Source: an uncultured Muribaculaceae bacterium (GTDB lineage Bacteria; Bacillota_I; Bacilli_A; RF39; UBA660). From it: a stretch of 62,754 bases of DNA. A model generated the notes under the pieces. The model was not told the origin of the DNA and did no database searches. It saw nothing but the letters and a program-made list of their open reading frames with translations. A program made the position numbers and the translations under genes. Each line of letters starts with the position of its first letter. The stretch's first letter is position 1. The stretch spans positions 1 through 62,754 of the forward strand of contig CAYRXC010000001.1 in NCBI GenBank assembly GCA_964428195.1, written 5' to 3'. Positions 1-9,894 of this stretch are shown here, piece after piece.

Positions 1-6
1 TCTTAA

Positions 7-83
7 TGGGGCGACATATGGGAATCGAACCCACGAATACTAGAGCCACAATCTAGCGTGTTAACCACTTCACCAACATCGCC
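7..83 (-). tRNA. tRNA-His (anticodon GTG) with G-1 and encoded CCA
   Basis: The reverse complement GGCGATGTTGGTGAAGTGGTTAACACGCTAGATTGTGGCTCTAGTATTCGTGGGTTCGATTCCCATATGTCGCCCCA folds as a cloverleaf. Anticodon stem CTAGA/TCTAG, loop TTGTGGC (GTG). T-arm GTGGG-TTCGATT-CCCAT. The extra 5' G pairs with discriminator C. Confidence 0.9.
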
Positions 84-85
84 AT

Positions 86-117
86 ATAAAAAGCAACAAT
101 GCTATTATAGCATTGTT
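86..117 (-). terminator. Rho-independent terminator after the zinc-ribbon gene
   Basis: 11-bp perfect stem AACAATGCTAT/ATAGCATTGTT (95..117), followed on the minus strand by a T-run (CTTTTTAT). Confidence 0.6.
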
Positions 118-135
118 ACTAAGAAATGACAATAA

Positions 136-309
136 TTATCTACGGCCGTTTCTGCTTGCTTTGTTTGCATCTCTACATGGTTTGCATCTAGTTGGTTCGT
201 TTTGAAAACCTTTTTCAGCATAAAACTCTTGTTCACCAGCAGTGAAAACGAATTCTTTACCACAATCTTTGCACGCCAAAGTCTTATCTTTGAATTCTTT
301 CTTATCCAT
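136..309 (-). CDS. small zinc-ribbon protein, 57 aa
   Basis: ORF 136..360 trimmed to the ATG at 309, which is preceded by GAAGGAGGA. Two CxxC pairs (CKDCG, CKPCR). Confidence 0.7.
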   Translation of the reverse strand: MDKKEFKDKTLACKDCGKEFVFTAGEQEFYAEKGFQNEPTRCKPCRDANKASRNGRR

Positions 310-432
310 TTGGAATCCTCCTTCTTTAAAAATATGGATTTTAATTATCTTACTTTCCATTTTATAAGGAGGTTCGGATCAAATTTAAAATCTACTAATG
401 ATTATAGCACTTTTTAAAAAGAAATCAAGTGA

Positions 433-1095
433 TTACCACCTAATTTCTTTTATATTGTTGTTTTTTAACAAATTATTGATCTTTGAGAATGGTTTGCTAC
501 CTTTAAATCCTTTATCATACGAAAATGGTGAAGGATGTACAGACTCGATTATACTATGTTTTTCATTTGTAATTAATGTTTTTTTTGTTCTTGCATAATT
601 TCCCCATAACACAAATACGATTGGAGAATCTCTTTCGTTTAATTTTGAAATGATGGAATCTGTAAATAATTCCCACCCAATATTTCTATGAGAAAGTGGT
701 TTATCCTTTTCTACAGTAAGTACTGAATTTAATAGAAGCACTCCTTGCTTTGCCCAATCCGATAAATCGGGATTGGTTCTTTCAACATTTATATCTTCTT
801 TTAGTTCTTTGAAAATATTCTTTAGGGATGGAGGAATCTTTACGTTTGAATTAACTGAAAAGCATAATCCATTTGCTTCCCCCTCTCCATGGTAAGGATC
901 TTGACCTAAAATCACAACTTTTACACATTTATAATCGGTATATCTTAAAGCTTTAAATAAGTCGTTTTTATTCGGGTATATAATTTTGCTTTTATTTTCA
1001 TTGTTGATGAACGATACTAGTTTTTTGAAATATTCTTTTTCAAGTTCTTCCGTTAATAATAAATCCCAACTATTTCCAAACACTTTACACCTCAT
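433..1095 (-). CDS. ung: uracil-DNA glycosylase
   Basis: GQDPYHGEGEANGLCFSV and HPSPFS motifs; about 220 aa. Confidence 0.93.
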   Translation of the reverse strand: MRCKVFGNSWDLLLTEELEKEYFKKLVSFINNENKSKIIYPNKNDLFKALRYTDYKCVKVVILGQDPYHGEGEANGLCFSVNSNVKIPPSLKNIFKELKEDINVERTNPDLSDWAKQGVLLLNSVLTVEKDKPLSHRNIGWELFTDSIISKLNERDSPIVFVLWGNYARTKKTLITNEKHSIIESVHPSPFSYDKGFKGSKPFSKINNLLKNNNIKEIRW

Positions 1096-1544
1096 TTATG
1101 ATATGACTCATTATTTATTATCTTGAAAGACCTATATATTTGCTCAAGAAGTATAAGTCTAAACAATTGATGTGGGAATGTAAATTGAGAAAATGACACA
1201 ATGTCATTGGACATTTTTTTTAACGAATTGCTAAGTCCGTGCGATCCTCCAATAACAAATAACAAATCCTTATGAATTAAATTTTTATCTATGTATTTTG
1301 AAAAATCAATCGAATTATATTGTTTCCCTTTTGAATCTAAAATTATTATATGGTCTCTTGGCTCTATATGTTTTATAATTCTTTCTGATTCTATAAGTAA
1401 ATTTTTGTCAGTGTCATCAAAGACTGATTCTCCTACTTCTATAATTTCTAGTTTTGAGTATTTTGTAATTCTCTTTTTGTAATCCTCTATTGCATCTCTT
1501 AAATATTTTTCTTTAATGTTTCCAACACATATTATCTTTATCAT
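1092..1544 (-). CDS. rlmH: 23S rRNA (pseudouridine1915-N3)-methyltransferase RlmH (SPOUT)
   Basis: 150 aa. MIKIICVGNIKEKYL N-terminus and GGSHGL motif typical of the RlmH family. Confidence 0.88.
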   Translation of the reverse strand: MIKIICVGNIKEKYLRDAIEDYKKRITKYSKLEIIEVGESVFDDTDKNLLIESERIIKHIEPRDHIIILDSKGKQYNSIDFSKYIDKNLIHKDLLFVIGGSHGLSNSLKKMSNDIVSFSQFTFPHQLFRLILLEQIYRSFKIINNESYHK

Positions 1545-2284
1545 ATTTCAAATACCTCTGTTGGCTCGTTTTGAAAAGCTGCTGTTATGTATATTTTTTT
1601 TGATTTAATTTTGGTTTTAATCTCATTTAACGCTATTTCTGGAGTATTATTTTCTTCACTAATATGAGCTAGAACAATATTTTTAGTGTTATTTCCGATT
1701 AATTGAGAAAGATAGTATGAACAAGCTTCATTTGATAAATGTCCTTTATCGCTAAGTATTCTTTGTTTTAAATAAAAAGGATATTTTCCGTTCATCAGCA
1801 TTTCTATATCGTGATTGCTTTCTATAATATACATCTCTTTATTTTCTAATAAAGGAAAATGTTTTGTATTAATATATCCGGTATCCGTAATATAAACTAC
1901 TTTTTCGTTTAATATAAAACCATATGACTCGGAGTCGTGTGAGTTTTTTATTATCTTTATTGATAAATCTTCCAAATCCATTTCTTTTTTGAAATATACT
2001 AATTTTGGTTCTTTTATTTGTTTTCTTATTTCTGATTCCATTTTAGGACTTATTATAAGTTGTGTATTATATTTGCTAATAAATTTTTTTAATCCAATTA
2101 TATGATCAGAATGAGTGTGAGTAATAATTATATAATTAATATCTTTTGGATTTACTTCAATATTATTTAATTTCTCTTCTATATAACTTAAAGATAATCC
2201 TAAATCAATTAGAATTCTAGTATTGTTTTCTTCTATATAAGTTGAATTTCCTTTTGAACCACTTGCCAGTACTACTATTTTCAT
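1541..2284 (-). CDS. MBL-fold metallo-hydrolase (YycJ/WalJ-like)
   Basis: HTHSDH metallo-beta-lactamase motif. The N-terminus MKIVVLASGSKGNSTYIE is typical of YycJ. Confidence 0.85.
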   Translation of the reverse strand: MKIVVLASGSKGNSTYIEENNTRILIDLGLSLSYIEEKLNNIEVNPKDINYIIITHTHSDHIIGLKKFISKYNTQLIISPKMESEIRKQIKEPKLVYFKKEMDLEDLSIKIIKNSHDSESYGFILNEKVVYITDTGYINTKHFPLLENKEMYIIESNHDIEMLMNGKYPFYLKQRILSDKGHLSNEACSYYLSQLIGNNTKNIVLAHISEENNTPEIALNEIKTKIKSKKIYITAAFQNEPTEVFEI

Positions 2285-3618
2285 TCTTCTTCCACATACC
2301 CAATAAATGTGCTAGTATTCTTTTTGAAAAACAATTTAACAGTATTAGTAATACCATTTCTGTTTTTTCCAACTATAAACTCAACAACACTATTATTGTT
2401 TTCCAATCTAGACTCTTTATTATAATAATCATCTCTATATAAGAACGCTACTATATCAGCATCTTGTTCGATAGAACCAGATTCTCTTAAATCACTCATC
2501 AATGGTCTTTTATCTTCCCTAGTATCAACAGCTCTAGATAGTTGAGCACAAGCAATTATTGGAACATTTAATTCCAATGATAGTTCTTTTAATGATCTAG
2601 ATATTTCTGCTACTTCTTGTTGCCTATTATCACTACGCTTTCCGCTTACATTAATTAGCTGTAAATAATCTATAATAATTATTTCTAATCCTTCTTCTGA
2701 AGCCGCTAATCTTCTGCATTTTGCTCTTATTTCTCCAACGGTTATTCCGGGAGTATCGTCGATTTTTAAATTTGTATTGGCTAGTTGACTTATAGCTTCG
2801 TTAACCCTTTTCCAATCATTATTTTCTAATTTGCCTGTTCTAATCTTATAACCATCGATTTGGCCAACAGAGCTTATCATACGCATAGCTAATTGTTCTG
2901 CATTCATTTCAAGATTGAAAACAGCTACCGCTTTCTTTGTATAAGATGCTACATTAGTAGCTATGTTTAATACAAATGCTGTTTTACCCATACCAGGTCT
3001 TGCAGCAACTATTACAAGTTCATTTTCATGGAACCCGGTTGTAAGTTTATCAATATCATGAAAACCACTTGCCACTCCTGTTATATCGCTTCCTGCTTCT
3101 GACAATTTTTCTAGATTTGCTTGTGCTCTAAACAATACATCCTGTATATTTTTAAATTCAGTTGATCTTCTGTTTTTAACTACGTTTAGTATCTTTCTTT
3201 CTGCATCATCTAACATTTCACCGATTTCTTCTGATTCAGAATATGCATTTGTAACTATATTTGTGGCAGTATCGATAAGATTTCTTAGCAAAGCTTTCTC
3301 TTTTACTATTCCAATATAGTATTCAATGTTTGCTGCAGTAGGAACAGAGTTTACTAAATCCAGTAAATATTCTGCACTTAAAGAAGATGAAAAATATTTT
3401 TTCTTCTTGAGTCTATCGGATAATGTCGTAATGTCTACAGCAACGTCTTCTAAGTACATTTCTTTTAATACTTCATATATCTTTGAATTATCAGTTGAAT
3501 AAAATGAATCTTTTTCAAGATCTTCTGTAACTTTTTGAAGAGCAGCCTTTGAAATCAGTGCCGATCCTATTACTGATTGCTCAGCATCTATATTTTGTGG
3601 TAATTTTCTGTCAGTCAT
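2281..3618 (-). CDS. dnaB: replicative DNA helicase DnaB (DnaC in B. subtilis naming)
   Basis: 445 aa. Walker A GMGKTAF, N-terminal PQNIDAEQSVIGS. Lies next to rplI as in Bacillota. Confidence 0.95.
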   Translation of the reverse strand: MTDRKLPQNIDAEQSVIGSALISKAALQKVTEDLEKDSFYSTDNSKIYEVLKEMYLEDVAVDITTLSDRLKKKKYFSSSLSAEYLLDLVNSVPTAANIEYYIGIVKEKALLRNLIDTATNIVTNAYSESEEIGEMLDDAERKILNVVKNRRSTEFKNIQDVLFRAQANLEKLSEAGSDITGVASGFHDIDKLTTGFHENELVIVAARPGMGKTAFVLNIATNVASYTKKAVAVFNLEMNAEQLAMRMISSVGQIDGYKIRTGKLENNDWKRVNEAISQLANTNLKIDDTPGITVGEIRAKCRRLAASEEGLEIIIIDYLQLINVSGKRSDNRQQEVAEISRSLKELSLELNVPIIACAQLSRAVDTREDKRPLMSDLRESGSIEQDADIVAFLYRDDYYNKESRLENNNSVVEFIVGKNRNGITNTVKLFFKKNTSTFIGYVEEE

Positions 3619-3627
3619 AATTCACCT

Positions 3628-4068
3628 CTATTCTTTAATAAGTTGAACTCTAATTGTAAAATTTACTTCTTTATGAAGGGCTATTTTCACATCATGAAAT
3701 CCAAGAGAATCTATTGATTTTGCATCAATATATTTTTTATCTATATCAAAATTAAGTTTTTTTAGTTCCTCGGATATTTGTTTTGATGTAACACTCCCAA
3801 ATACTTTTTCTTCTTTTCCTGTTTTAACAACGAATTTTATTATTTTATTTTCTAATTCATCTTTAATTTTGTTAAGTTTATTTATTTCTTCTTTTTCGTT
3901 TTCAGCTCTTTGTTTAATTTCTGTGCTAAGTTTTTCTTTGCTGTATTCAGTATACTTAACTGCATACCCTTCCTTTATTAAATAATTATTTGCATAACCG
4001 TCTTTTACTTCTCTTATTTCGTCTTTTTTTCCTTGTCCTTTTAAATCTTTAATGAATATTACTTTCAT
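3628..4068 (-). CDS. rplI: 50S ribosomal protein L9
   Basis: [30 protein letters not shown] matches the L9 N-domain; 146 aa. Confidence 0.95.
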   Translation of the reverse strand: MKVIFIKDLKGQGKKDEIREVKDGYANNYLIKEGYAVKYTEYSKEKLSTEIKQRAENEKEEINKLNKIKDELENKIIKFVVKTGKEEKVFGSVTSKQISEELKKLNFDIDKKYIDAKSIDSLGFHDVKIALHKEVNFTIRVQLIKE

Positions 4069-4144
4069 ATTTTCACCTCACAGATTTCTTTGTATATTTA
4101 TTATACTACAATTAGATAAATAAAAAAGAAAAAGTAACTAAAAG

Positions 4145-5110
4145 TTACTTACTTAGTTCTTCAAATAATACTTTTTTTACTTCTTCCATATTTTTGTTTT
4201 TTATTTGGGCAGCGGCTTCAGTATAATGACCCCCACCATTAAATTTTTTCATAATTTTTTGAACATCCATTTTCCCTAAAGATCTTGCACTAATTCCAAT
4301 TTCGTTATTGGATATAAATCCTAATACAAACGAGGCTTCAACACCATTGAATGTTAGTAAAGTATCAGCTGACTTTGCCAATTCATCATTATCATAAATA
4401 ATGTTTTCGATTGCAGCTACTACAATTTTTTGATTTAAAAATGTTGCTGATTTAATTATCTCTTGTCTTTTAATATATTCGTTATAATCTTGTTTAAATA
4501 AGTACTGAATGTCCGTATGATCAGCCCCCATTTTTTTCAATATGCTTGCTGCTTCAAACGTGTTGTTTGTTGTTTTTATATAAAATCTATTTGTATCTAC
4601 CATTATTCCGCCCAACATTATAGATGCTATATAACTTGGTATATATATGTTTAAATCTATCAATATATCTGCTATTATTTCACAGCTGCTCGATTCATCT
4701 GGATTAATATAGGAATATAAATAATCTGAATCTTTTTTTATTTCTTTTATATGATGATCTATGATAATTTTTCTTTTTATTTTGTTATATACTTTCTCAT
4801 TTTGAATTCTTTCTTTTTTGTTTGTGTCTATTATAACCAATAATGAATCTTTATTTGTTGATAATTCTTCGTATTTTAATATAGGAATATTATATTCTAA
4901 TTCATTTATTTTATTAAGTGCTGTAATTACGCCTTGTTCGTTTGAGTCATCGTCTATTAAAACATATGTTTCTTTATCCATCTTTGATGAAATATAGAAA
5001 AAACCCAAGATAGATCCAAGCGCATCTAAATCTAAATCTTTGTGTGCAGTAATTATTACATTGCTCGAATCTTTTAATAATTCCTCAATTTTTAATGAAT
5101 TTATTTTCAT
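4145..5110 (-). CDS. DHH/DHHA1-family phosphoesterase (NrnA- or GdpP-catalytic-domain-like)
   Basis: DLDALGS, DHH and GGGH motifs. 321 aa. Occupies the gdpP slot upstream of rplI-dnaB. Confidence 0.8.
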   Translation of the reverse strand: MKINSLKIEELLKDSSNVIITAHKDLDLDALGSILGFFYISSKMDKETYVLIDDDSNEQGVITALNKINELEYNIPILKYEELSTNKDSLLVIIDTNKKERIQNEKVYNKIKRKIIIDHHIKEIKKDSDYLYSYINPDESSSCEIIADILIDLNIYIPSYIASIMLGGIMVDTNRFYIKTTNNTFEAASILKKMGADHTDIQYLFKQDYNEYIKRQEIIKSATFLNQKIVVAAIENIIYDNDELAKSADTLLTFNGVEASFVLGFISNNEIGISARSLGKMDVQKIMKKFNGGGHYTEAAAQIKNKNMEEVKKVLFEELSK

Positions 5111-5125
5111 AATTACTTCCTTTAA

Positions 5126-5647
5126 CTACTCTACTTCTATAATTCCATAATCCTTATCTTTTCTTAAGTATATTACTTTAATTTTGCCATCAAATCCATC
5201 CTTAAAAATATAAAAATCATGTCCAAGCATATCCATTTGCAACATTGCTTCTTCTTCGCTCATTGGTTTTGTATCAATCGTTTTTCTTTTTGTAATTTTT
5301 TGTGCTTGCTCCTCTGTTTCTTTGATTGTTTTAAATTCCATTATTTTTTCTTTATCTATTTGTTTAATTCTTTCTTTGTTCTTTCTTATTTGTCTTTCTA
5401 TTTTATCCATCACTATATCTATTGCGGCATATAAATCTTCTTGTGATTCTTCGTTTCTTATTAGAATGTTTTTTGTAGGAATTGTTACTTCAATTATTTG
5501 ATTGTGACCTCTAAGTCTCAAAATTATATTTGCAGTAATATCTTCGGGATTTTTAAAATATTTGTCGACTTTTTCAAGTTTAGATTCAATATACTCCTTA
5601 ATTGATTTTGTGATAGTTATATCCTTACTTCGTATTAAACTTTTCAT
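5126..5647 (-). CDS. hpf: ribosome hibernation promoting factor (long HPF)
   Basis: 173 aa. S30AE/YfiA N-domain plus a C-terminal dimerisation domain (KPMSEEEAMLQMDMLGHDFYIF). Confidence 0.9.
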   Translation of the reverse strand: MKSLIRSKDITITKSIKEYIESKLEKVDKYFKNPEDITANIILRLRGHNQIIEVTIPTKNILIRNEESQEDLYAAIDIVMDKIERQIRKNKERIKQIDKEKIMEFKTIKETEEQAQKITKRKTIDTKPMSEEEAMLQMDMLGHDFYIFKDGFDGKIKVIYLRKDKDYGIIEVE

Positions 5648-5683
5648 TGTATCCTCCTTAAGTAAATATTATCATAATATCAA

Positions 5684-5708
5684 TAAAAAAACCACTCTAT
5701 TAGTGGTT
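5684..5708 (-). terminator. Rho-independent terminator after the tagO-like gene
   Basis: Stem AACCACT/AGTGGTT overlaps the stop codon. A T-run follows on the minus strand. Confidence 0.6.
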
Positions 5709-6728
5709 CTTATCTGTCAACTTCTTTCGATAAACGAGTATAACACTTAGTATTATTATAAGCAAACAACAATAAATAAATATTCCGGTCTTTTGACTTG
5801 AAACAGAGTAGATTATCGATGCAAATGCAAAGAATATGTCCATAATATATATAATTATTACTGTGTTTCTATGGCTAAAACCAAAATCCAATAATCTATG
5901 ATGTAAATGTTTTTTATCTGCAACTGAAATGGATTTTCTTTCTTTTAATCTACGTAAAATTACTAAAAGAGTGTCAAATATAGGAATAGCCATAATAAAT
6001 ATTGGAACAACAAATGAGGTAATTGTAACAACTTTAAATCCAAGAATAGCTATTATAGCAATTATGTACCCCAAAAACATTGCACCACTATCTCCTAAAT
6101 ATATTTTAGCGGGATAGAAATTGTGAACTAAAAAGCCTGCCGTAGATCCAATCATTATCAATGTTAAATATATATCTAGTCCATTTGATTTTTGTTGAAT
6201 TAACGCAATTATAGTAATTGTAATGAAGAAAATTTCTGATAACCCTGCTGCAAGCCCATCTAGTCCATCAATAAAATTTAATACATTTATCATACCAACT
6301 ATAAATAATATAGTAACGATGTGGGAAAACATGCCAAAATCAATATAGATACCAAAAGCATCTACTTTTTCTATTAATAATCCTCCATATATAGTAACAA
6401 TTAAAGCACCTATTAGTTGTCCCAAAAATTTATGTTTTGGTTTAATGGGATTAATATCATCAACTATTCCAGTAAACAAAATTACAATTCCTCCCAATAT
6501 AATAGCAATCATATCTGTTATTTTATCTGAAAATAACATATATCCAAGTATAAATGTAAAAAATATTACAGCTCCTCCTAATGTAGGCATTGGAATTTTA
6601 TTTATTCTTCTCTTGTTCGGTTTATCAATTGATTTAATATGAAATGCAATTTTTTTCATTAAAGGAGTAATTAATAATGAAATAAGAAAAGTTGTTACAA
6701 TTACAATAATAATATCTTTTGTGTTCAT
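5700..6728 (-). CDS. tagO: glycosyltransferase family 4 (WecA/TagO-type undecaprenyl-phosphate GlcNAc-1-P transferase)
   Basis: Polytopic membrane protein with the NVLNFIDGLDGLAAG motif. It is not in a dcw cluster, so MraY is less likely. Confidence 0.75.
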   Translation of the reverse strand: MNTKDIIIVIVTTFLISLLITPLMKKIAFHIKSIDKPNKRRINKIPMPTLGGAVIFFTFILGYMLFSDKITDMIAIILGGIVILFTGIVDDINPIKPKHKFLGQLIGALIVTIYGGLLIEKVDAFGIYIDFGMFSHIVTILFIVGMINVLNFIDGLDGLAAGLSEIFFITITIIALIQQKSNGLDIYLTLIMIGSTAGFLVHNFYPAKIYLGDSGAMFLGYIIAIIAILGFKVVTITSFVVPIFIMAIPIFDTLLVILRRLKERKSISVADKKHLHHRLLDFGFSHRNTVIIIYIMDIFFAFASIIYSVSSQKTGIFIYCCLLIIILSVILVYRKKLTDKNH

Positions 6729-6743
6729 ATTTTGAATATCCTT

Positions 6744-6944
6744 TCATTTAATCGTGGAAGTAATTTGATAAAATTCGGAAAAGAATTGAACTATTAAATA
6801 AGTCATAGATATTGAAAGAAATATATACATTATTTTAATTTGATTTTCACTGTTTTTTTTGAATGCGCCTTCTATTCTTAAAGCACTAATTGACCACATA
6901 GAAATTGGCAATATAATCAAATATAAGATAATTTTAATGTTCAT
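6744..6944 (-). CDS. small integral membrane protein (DUF1146/YwzB-like)
   Basis: 66 aa with two predicted TM helices. The family assignment is from memory of YwzB-type proteins. Confidence 0.5.
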   Translation of the reverse strand: MNIKIILYLIILPISMWSISALRIEGAFKKNSENQIKIMYIFLSISMTYLIVQFFSEFYQITSTIK

Positions 6945-7374
6945 TTTCGATTTCCTTTATTTTGTTTATTCTTCTTATGTGTCTTTCTTCTAGTGGTTTT
7001 GTATCTGATAAAATAATATTAATTATTTTTATTGCTTTTAAGAATGACATACTTCCACTAATAGCTACTGAGTTGATTCCATTGTGTTCTTTTGAAATTT
7101 TAATTTCTTCTATACTATCTATTTTTGCACAATATATTCCTTTAATTTTGTTTAGAGAAATTGACATTCCTATTCCTGTTTTACAAATTGCAACTCCAAA
7201 GTCAACTTCTTTATTGTTTATTGCGTTTCCAAGCAAATAAGCATGGTCAGGATAATCTACAGCCTCTTCGTTTGAAGAACCATAATCAATTATTTTAATT
7301 TTATTCTCAAAATGCTTTATTATTTTTTTCTTTAAATTAAAACCACCATGATCAGAAGCAATTCCAATAATCAT
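6934..7374 (-). CDS. rpiB: ribose-5-phosphate isomerase B
   Basis: IGIASDHGGF N-terminus and CKTGIGMSI motif of the RpiB/LacAB family. Confidence 0.88.
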   Translation of the reverse strand: MIIGIASDHGGFNLKKKIIKHFENKIKIIDYGSSNEEAVDYPDHAYLLGNAINNKEVDFGVAICKTGIGMSISLNKIKGIYCAKIDSIEEIKISKEHNGINSVAISGSMSFLKAIKIINIILSDTKPLEERHIRRINKIKEIENEH

Positions 7375-7427
7375 AATATATACCTCCGTCTTTAATTATA
7401 CAACAAAAAAAGATAATATTCATTATC

Positions 7428-7628
7428 TTATTTTTCTAATCCATGTTTTTTATTAAATTTTTCAACACGACCAGTTTTAGATGTTCTTACTTGTTTTCCT
7501 GTGAAAAATGGATGACATTCCGAACATACTTCAACACGAATTTCTTGAGTAGTTGACTTTGTATCGAATGAAGCTCCACATGCACAAGTTACTTTGGTAT
7601 CTTTAAAAATACCTTCTTTTTTACTCAT
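7428..7628 (-). CDS. rpmE: 50S ribosomal protein L31
   Basis: 66 aa. CxC...[12 protein letters not shown] zinc motif. Confidence 0.95.
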   Translation of the reverse strand: MSKKEGIFKDTKVTCACGASFDTKSTTQEIRVEVCSECHPFFTGKQVRTSKTGRVEKFNKKHGLEK

Positions 7629-7690
7629 GACAACCTCCTATATAAATAAGCAAGATATAGTATATCATTATAAAATATAATAATCAAGAA

Positions 7691-8944
7691 TTATTGTTCT
7701 TCTATTTTAATTTTTGCTCCAACTTCTGTTAATTTTTCTACAATATTTGAATAACCTCTTAAAATATGCTCGGCTTCTTCTATAATTGTTGTCCCATTCG
7801 CAATTAAACCCGCAATAACTAAACATGCTCCACCTCTTAAGTCTGTAGCTTTTACAGTTTCTCCGTTTAGAGGGGTTCTACCATTTATATATGCCTTTTT
7901 ACCATCTATTGTTATTTTTGCTCCCATTTTTTCTAGTTGTTCCAAATTTTTAAATCTATTTTCATATAAAGTTTCTTCAATAGTACTTACTCCTTCGCAT
8001 TGCGTAAGCAATGTTGACAAGGGTTGTTGAAGATCTGTAGGAAAACCCGGAAAGCCTAAAGTTTTAATTTTTATTTCTTTTAATTTATTATTTGAATTTA
8101 ATATGCAATGGTCATCCTTAACTTCAATATTTACTTTAGCTTCTTTTAGTTTCATAATCAAGGATTCAAGATGTTCTGGAATAATATTATTAATTATTAA
8201 GTCTTTTCCTGTTAATGCCGCAATTATCATATATGTACCAGCTTCTATTCTATCAGGTATTACTTCTATACTCGCCTTATTTAATTTACTTACTCCCTCA
8301 ATTTTTATTATACTTGTTCCCGCTCCCTTAATATTTGCTCCCATGTTGGACAACAAAGTTGCAATATTTACTATTTCGGGTTCTTTTGCAGCATTATTAA
8401 TTGTAGTGAGACCTTCAGCCTTGACAGCTACCAACATTGTATTTACTGTTGCTCCAACACTTGGCATATCAAGATATACGTCAGCTCCGATTAATTTATC
8501 GGCAAACACTGTATATTTATTTCCTTCTTCAATAACTGTTGCTCCTAAAGCTCTATATCCTTTAAGTGTTTGGTCAATTGGTCTAGAACCAATCGAACAT
8601 CCGCCAGGAAAATACATACAAGCTTTTTTATATTTTGAAAGCAAAGCAGACATAAAATAATAAGAAGCTCTTAATTTTTTTGAAATTTCTTCGGGAATTT
8701 CTTTTGACTCGATTTTTCTAGGATCTATTATTATTTTACCTTTATCTCCTGTAATTTTTGCTCCTAAATATTTTAATATTTCTTCCATTGCTTCAGTATC
8801 TGAAATCTCCGGAACGTTATTTATTGTAACTTGATCATCACAAAGAATTGCAGCAGGAATCAATGCTACTGTACTATTTTTTGCACCACTAATTTCTATT
8901 GTTCCTTCTAATGTTGAATTACCTTCGATAATAATCTTTGACAT
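7691..8944 (-). CDS. murA: UDP-N-acetylglucosamine 1-carboxyvinyltransferase
   Basis: EPSP-synthase fold protein with GAKNS and the active-site GGCSIGSRPID. Start moved to the ATG at 8944 after GGAGG; the track start at 8959 is TTG. Confidence 0.93.
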   Translation of the reverse strand: MSKIIIEGNSTLEGTIEISGAKNSTVALIPAAILCDDQVTINNVPEISDTEAMEEILKYLGAKITGDKGKIIIDPRKIESKEIPEEISKKLRASYYFMSALLSKYKKACMYFPGGCSIGSRPIDQTLKGYRALGATVIEEGNKYTVFADKLIGADVYLDMPSVGATVNTMLVAVKAEGLTTINNAAKEPEIVNIATLLSNMGANIKGAGTSIIKIEGVSKLNKASIEVIPDRIEAGTYMIIAALTGKDLIINNIIPEHLESLIMKLKEAKVNIEVKDDHCILNSNNKLKEIKIKTLGFPGFPTDLQQPLSTLLTQCEGVSTIEETLYENRFKNLEQLEKMGAKITIDGKKAYINGRTPLNGETVKATDLRGGACLVIAGLIANGTTIIEEAEHILRGYSNIVEKLTEVGAKIKIEEQ

Positions 8945-8955
8945 TTTTCCTCCAA

Positions 8956-9804
8956 TCAAACTCTATTATTACTTCTAAATAAATTCACTTTTCTTTCAAT
9001 AGTCTTTTTTATTGCAATTTCTCCTGAAGATATTATTTTCCTCGGATCGTACTCATCATTATTATTTTTTATATATTCTCTAACAGCTGTATTCCATGAA
9101 CTCTTTAGTTCTGTGTCTATATTAATTTTTGATATTCCGTTATCGATAGATTTTTCAATTAAATCATCTCCAACTCCAGTTCCACCATGTAATACTAAAG
9201 GAATATTAACTAACTCTTTTATCTCTTTCATTCTAAAAAAATCTATGTTTAATTCTCCTTTATAAAATCCATGAACTGTTCCTAATGCTGGCGCAAAAGA
9301 ATTAACCTTCGTTTCATATACAAATTTAATACAATCATCTACATTTGCATATTTTACATTTGCTGCAATGTTATCTTCAATACCTCCTATTGAACCGACT
9401 TCTGCCTCAACTGACACACCCTTGTTTGATGCATATTCAACAACTTCTTTTGTAATTCGAATATTCTCATTCAATTCGTTTTTTGATGCATCTATCATAA
9501 CTGAATTAAAACCAGCATCTATTGCTTTTTTGCACGAATCAATACTTGTCCCATGATCTAGATGCAGTGATACGGGAATAGTTACATTCAAATCCGTAAT
9601 TAAAGCTTTTACAAGAGCAAAAACAACATTATATCCACCCATATACTTTATTGCACCTTCACTTGCACCTAAAATAACAGGACTTCTCAACTCGTTACAT
9701 TTTTCTAAAATAAATTTTATCCATTCTAAATTAGTTATATTAAATTGAGGAATAGCATATTTATTTTCATAAGCATTTTTTAACATAATATCTGTATTAA
9801 CCAT
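8956..9804 (-). CDS. fba: class II fructose-bisphosphate aldolase
   Basis: HLDHG and LVLHGGTG motifs. Start trimmed to the ATG at 9804 (MVNTDIML), preceded by AAGGAGA. Confidence 0.92.
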   Translation of the reverse strand: MVNTDIMLKNAYENKYAIPQFNITNLEWIKFILEKCNELRSPVILGASEGAIKYMGGYNVVFALVKALITDLNVTIPVSLHLDHGTSIDSCKKAIDAGFNSVMIDASKNELNENIRITKEVVEYASNKGVSVEAEVGSIGGIEDNIAANVKYANVDDCIKFVYETKVNSFAPALGTVHGFYKGELNIDFFRMKEIKELVNIPLVLHGGTGVGDDLIEKSIDNGISKINIDTELKSSWNTAVREYIKNNNDEYDPRKIISSGEIAIKKTIERKVNLFRSNNRV

Positions 9805-9823
9805 ATATTTTCTCCTTAATCTA

Positions 9824-9852
9824 ATATTATTATTAAATATATTTAAAGTCAA
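9824..9852 (-). promoter_or_regulatory. sigma-A type promoter for fba
   Basis: Minus strand: TTGACT (9847..9852), 17 nt spacer, TAATAT (9824..9829). Confidence 0.5.
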
Positions 9853-9887
9853 ATAAAAAAGACATCACATTGTAAACGGATGTCTTT
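9851..9887 (-). terminator. Rho-independent terminator after the 447-aa hypothetical gene
   Basis: Minus strand: AAAGACATC-loop-GATGTCTTT followed by TTTTATTT. Confidence 0.7.
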
Positions 9888-9894
9888 AATTATA

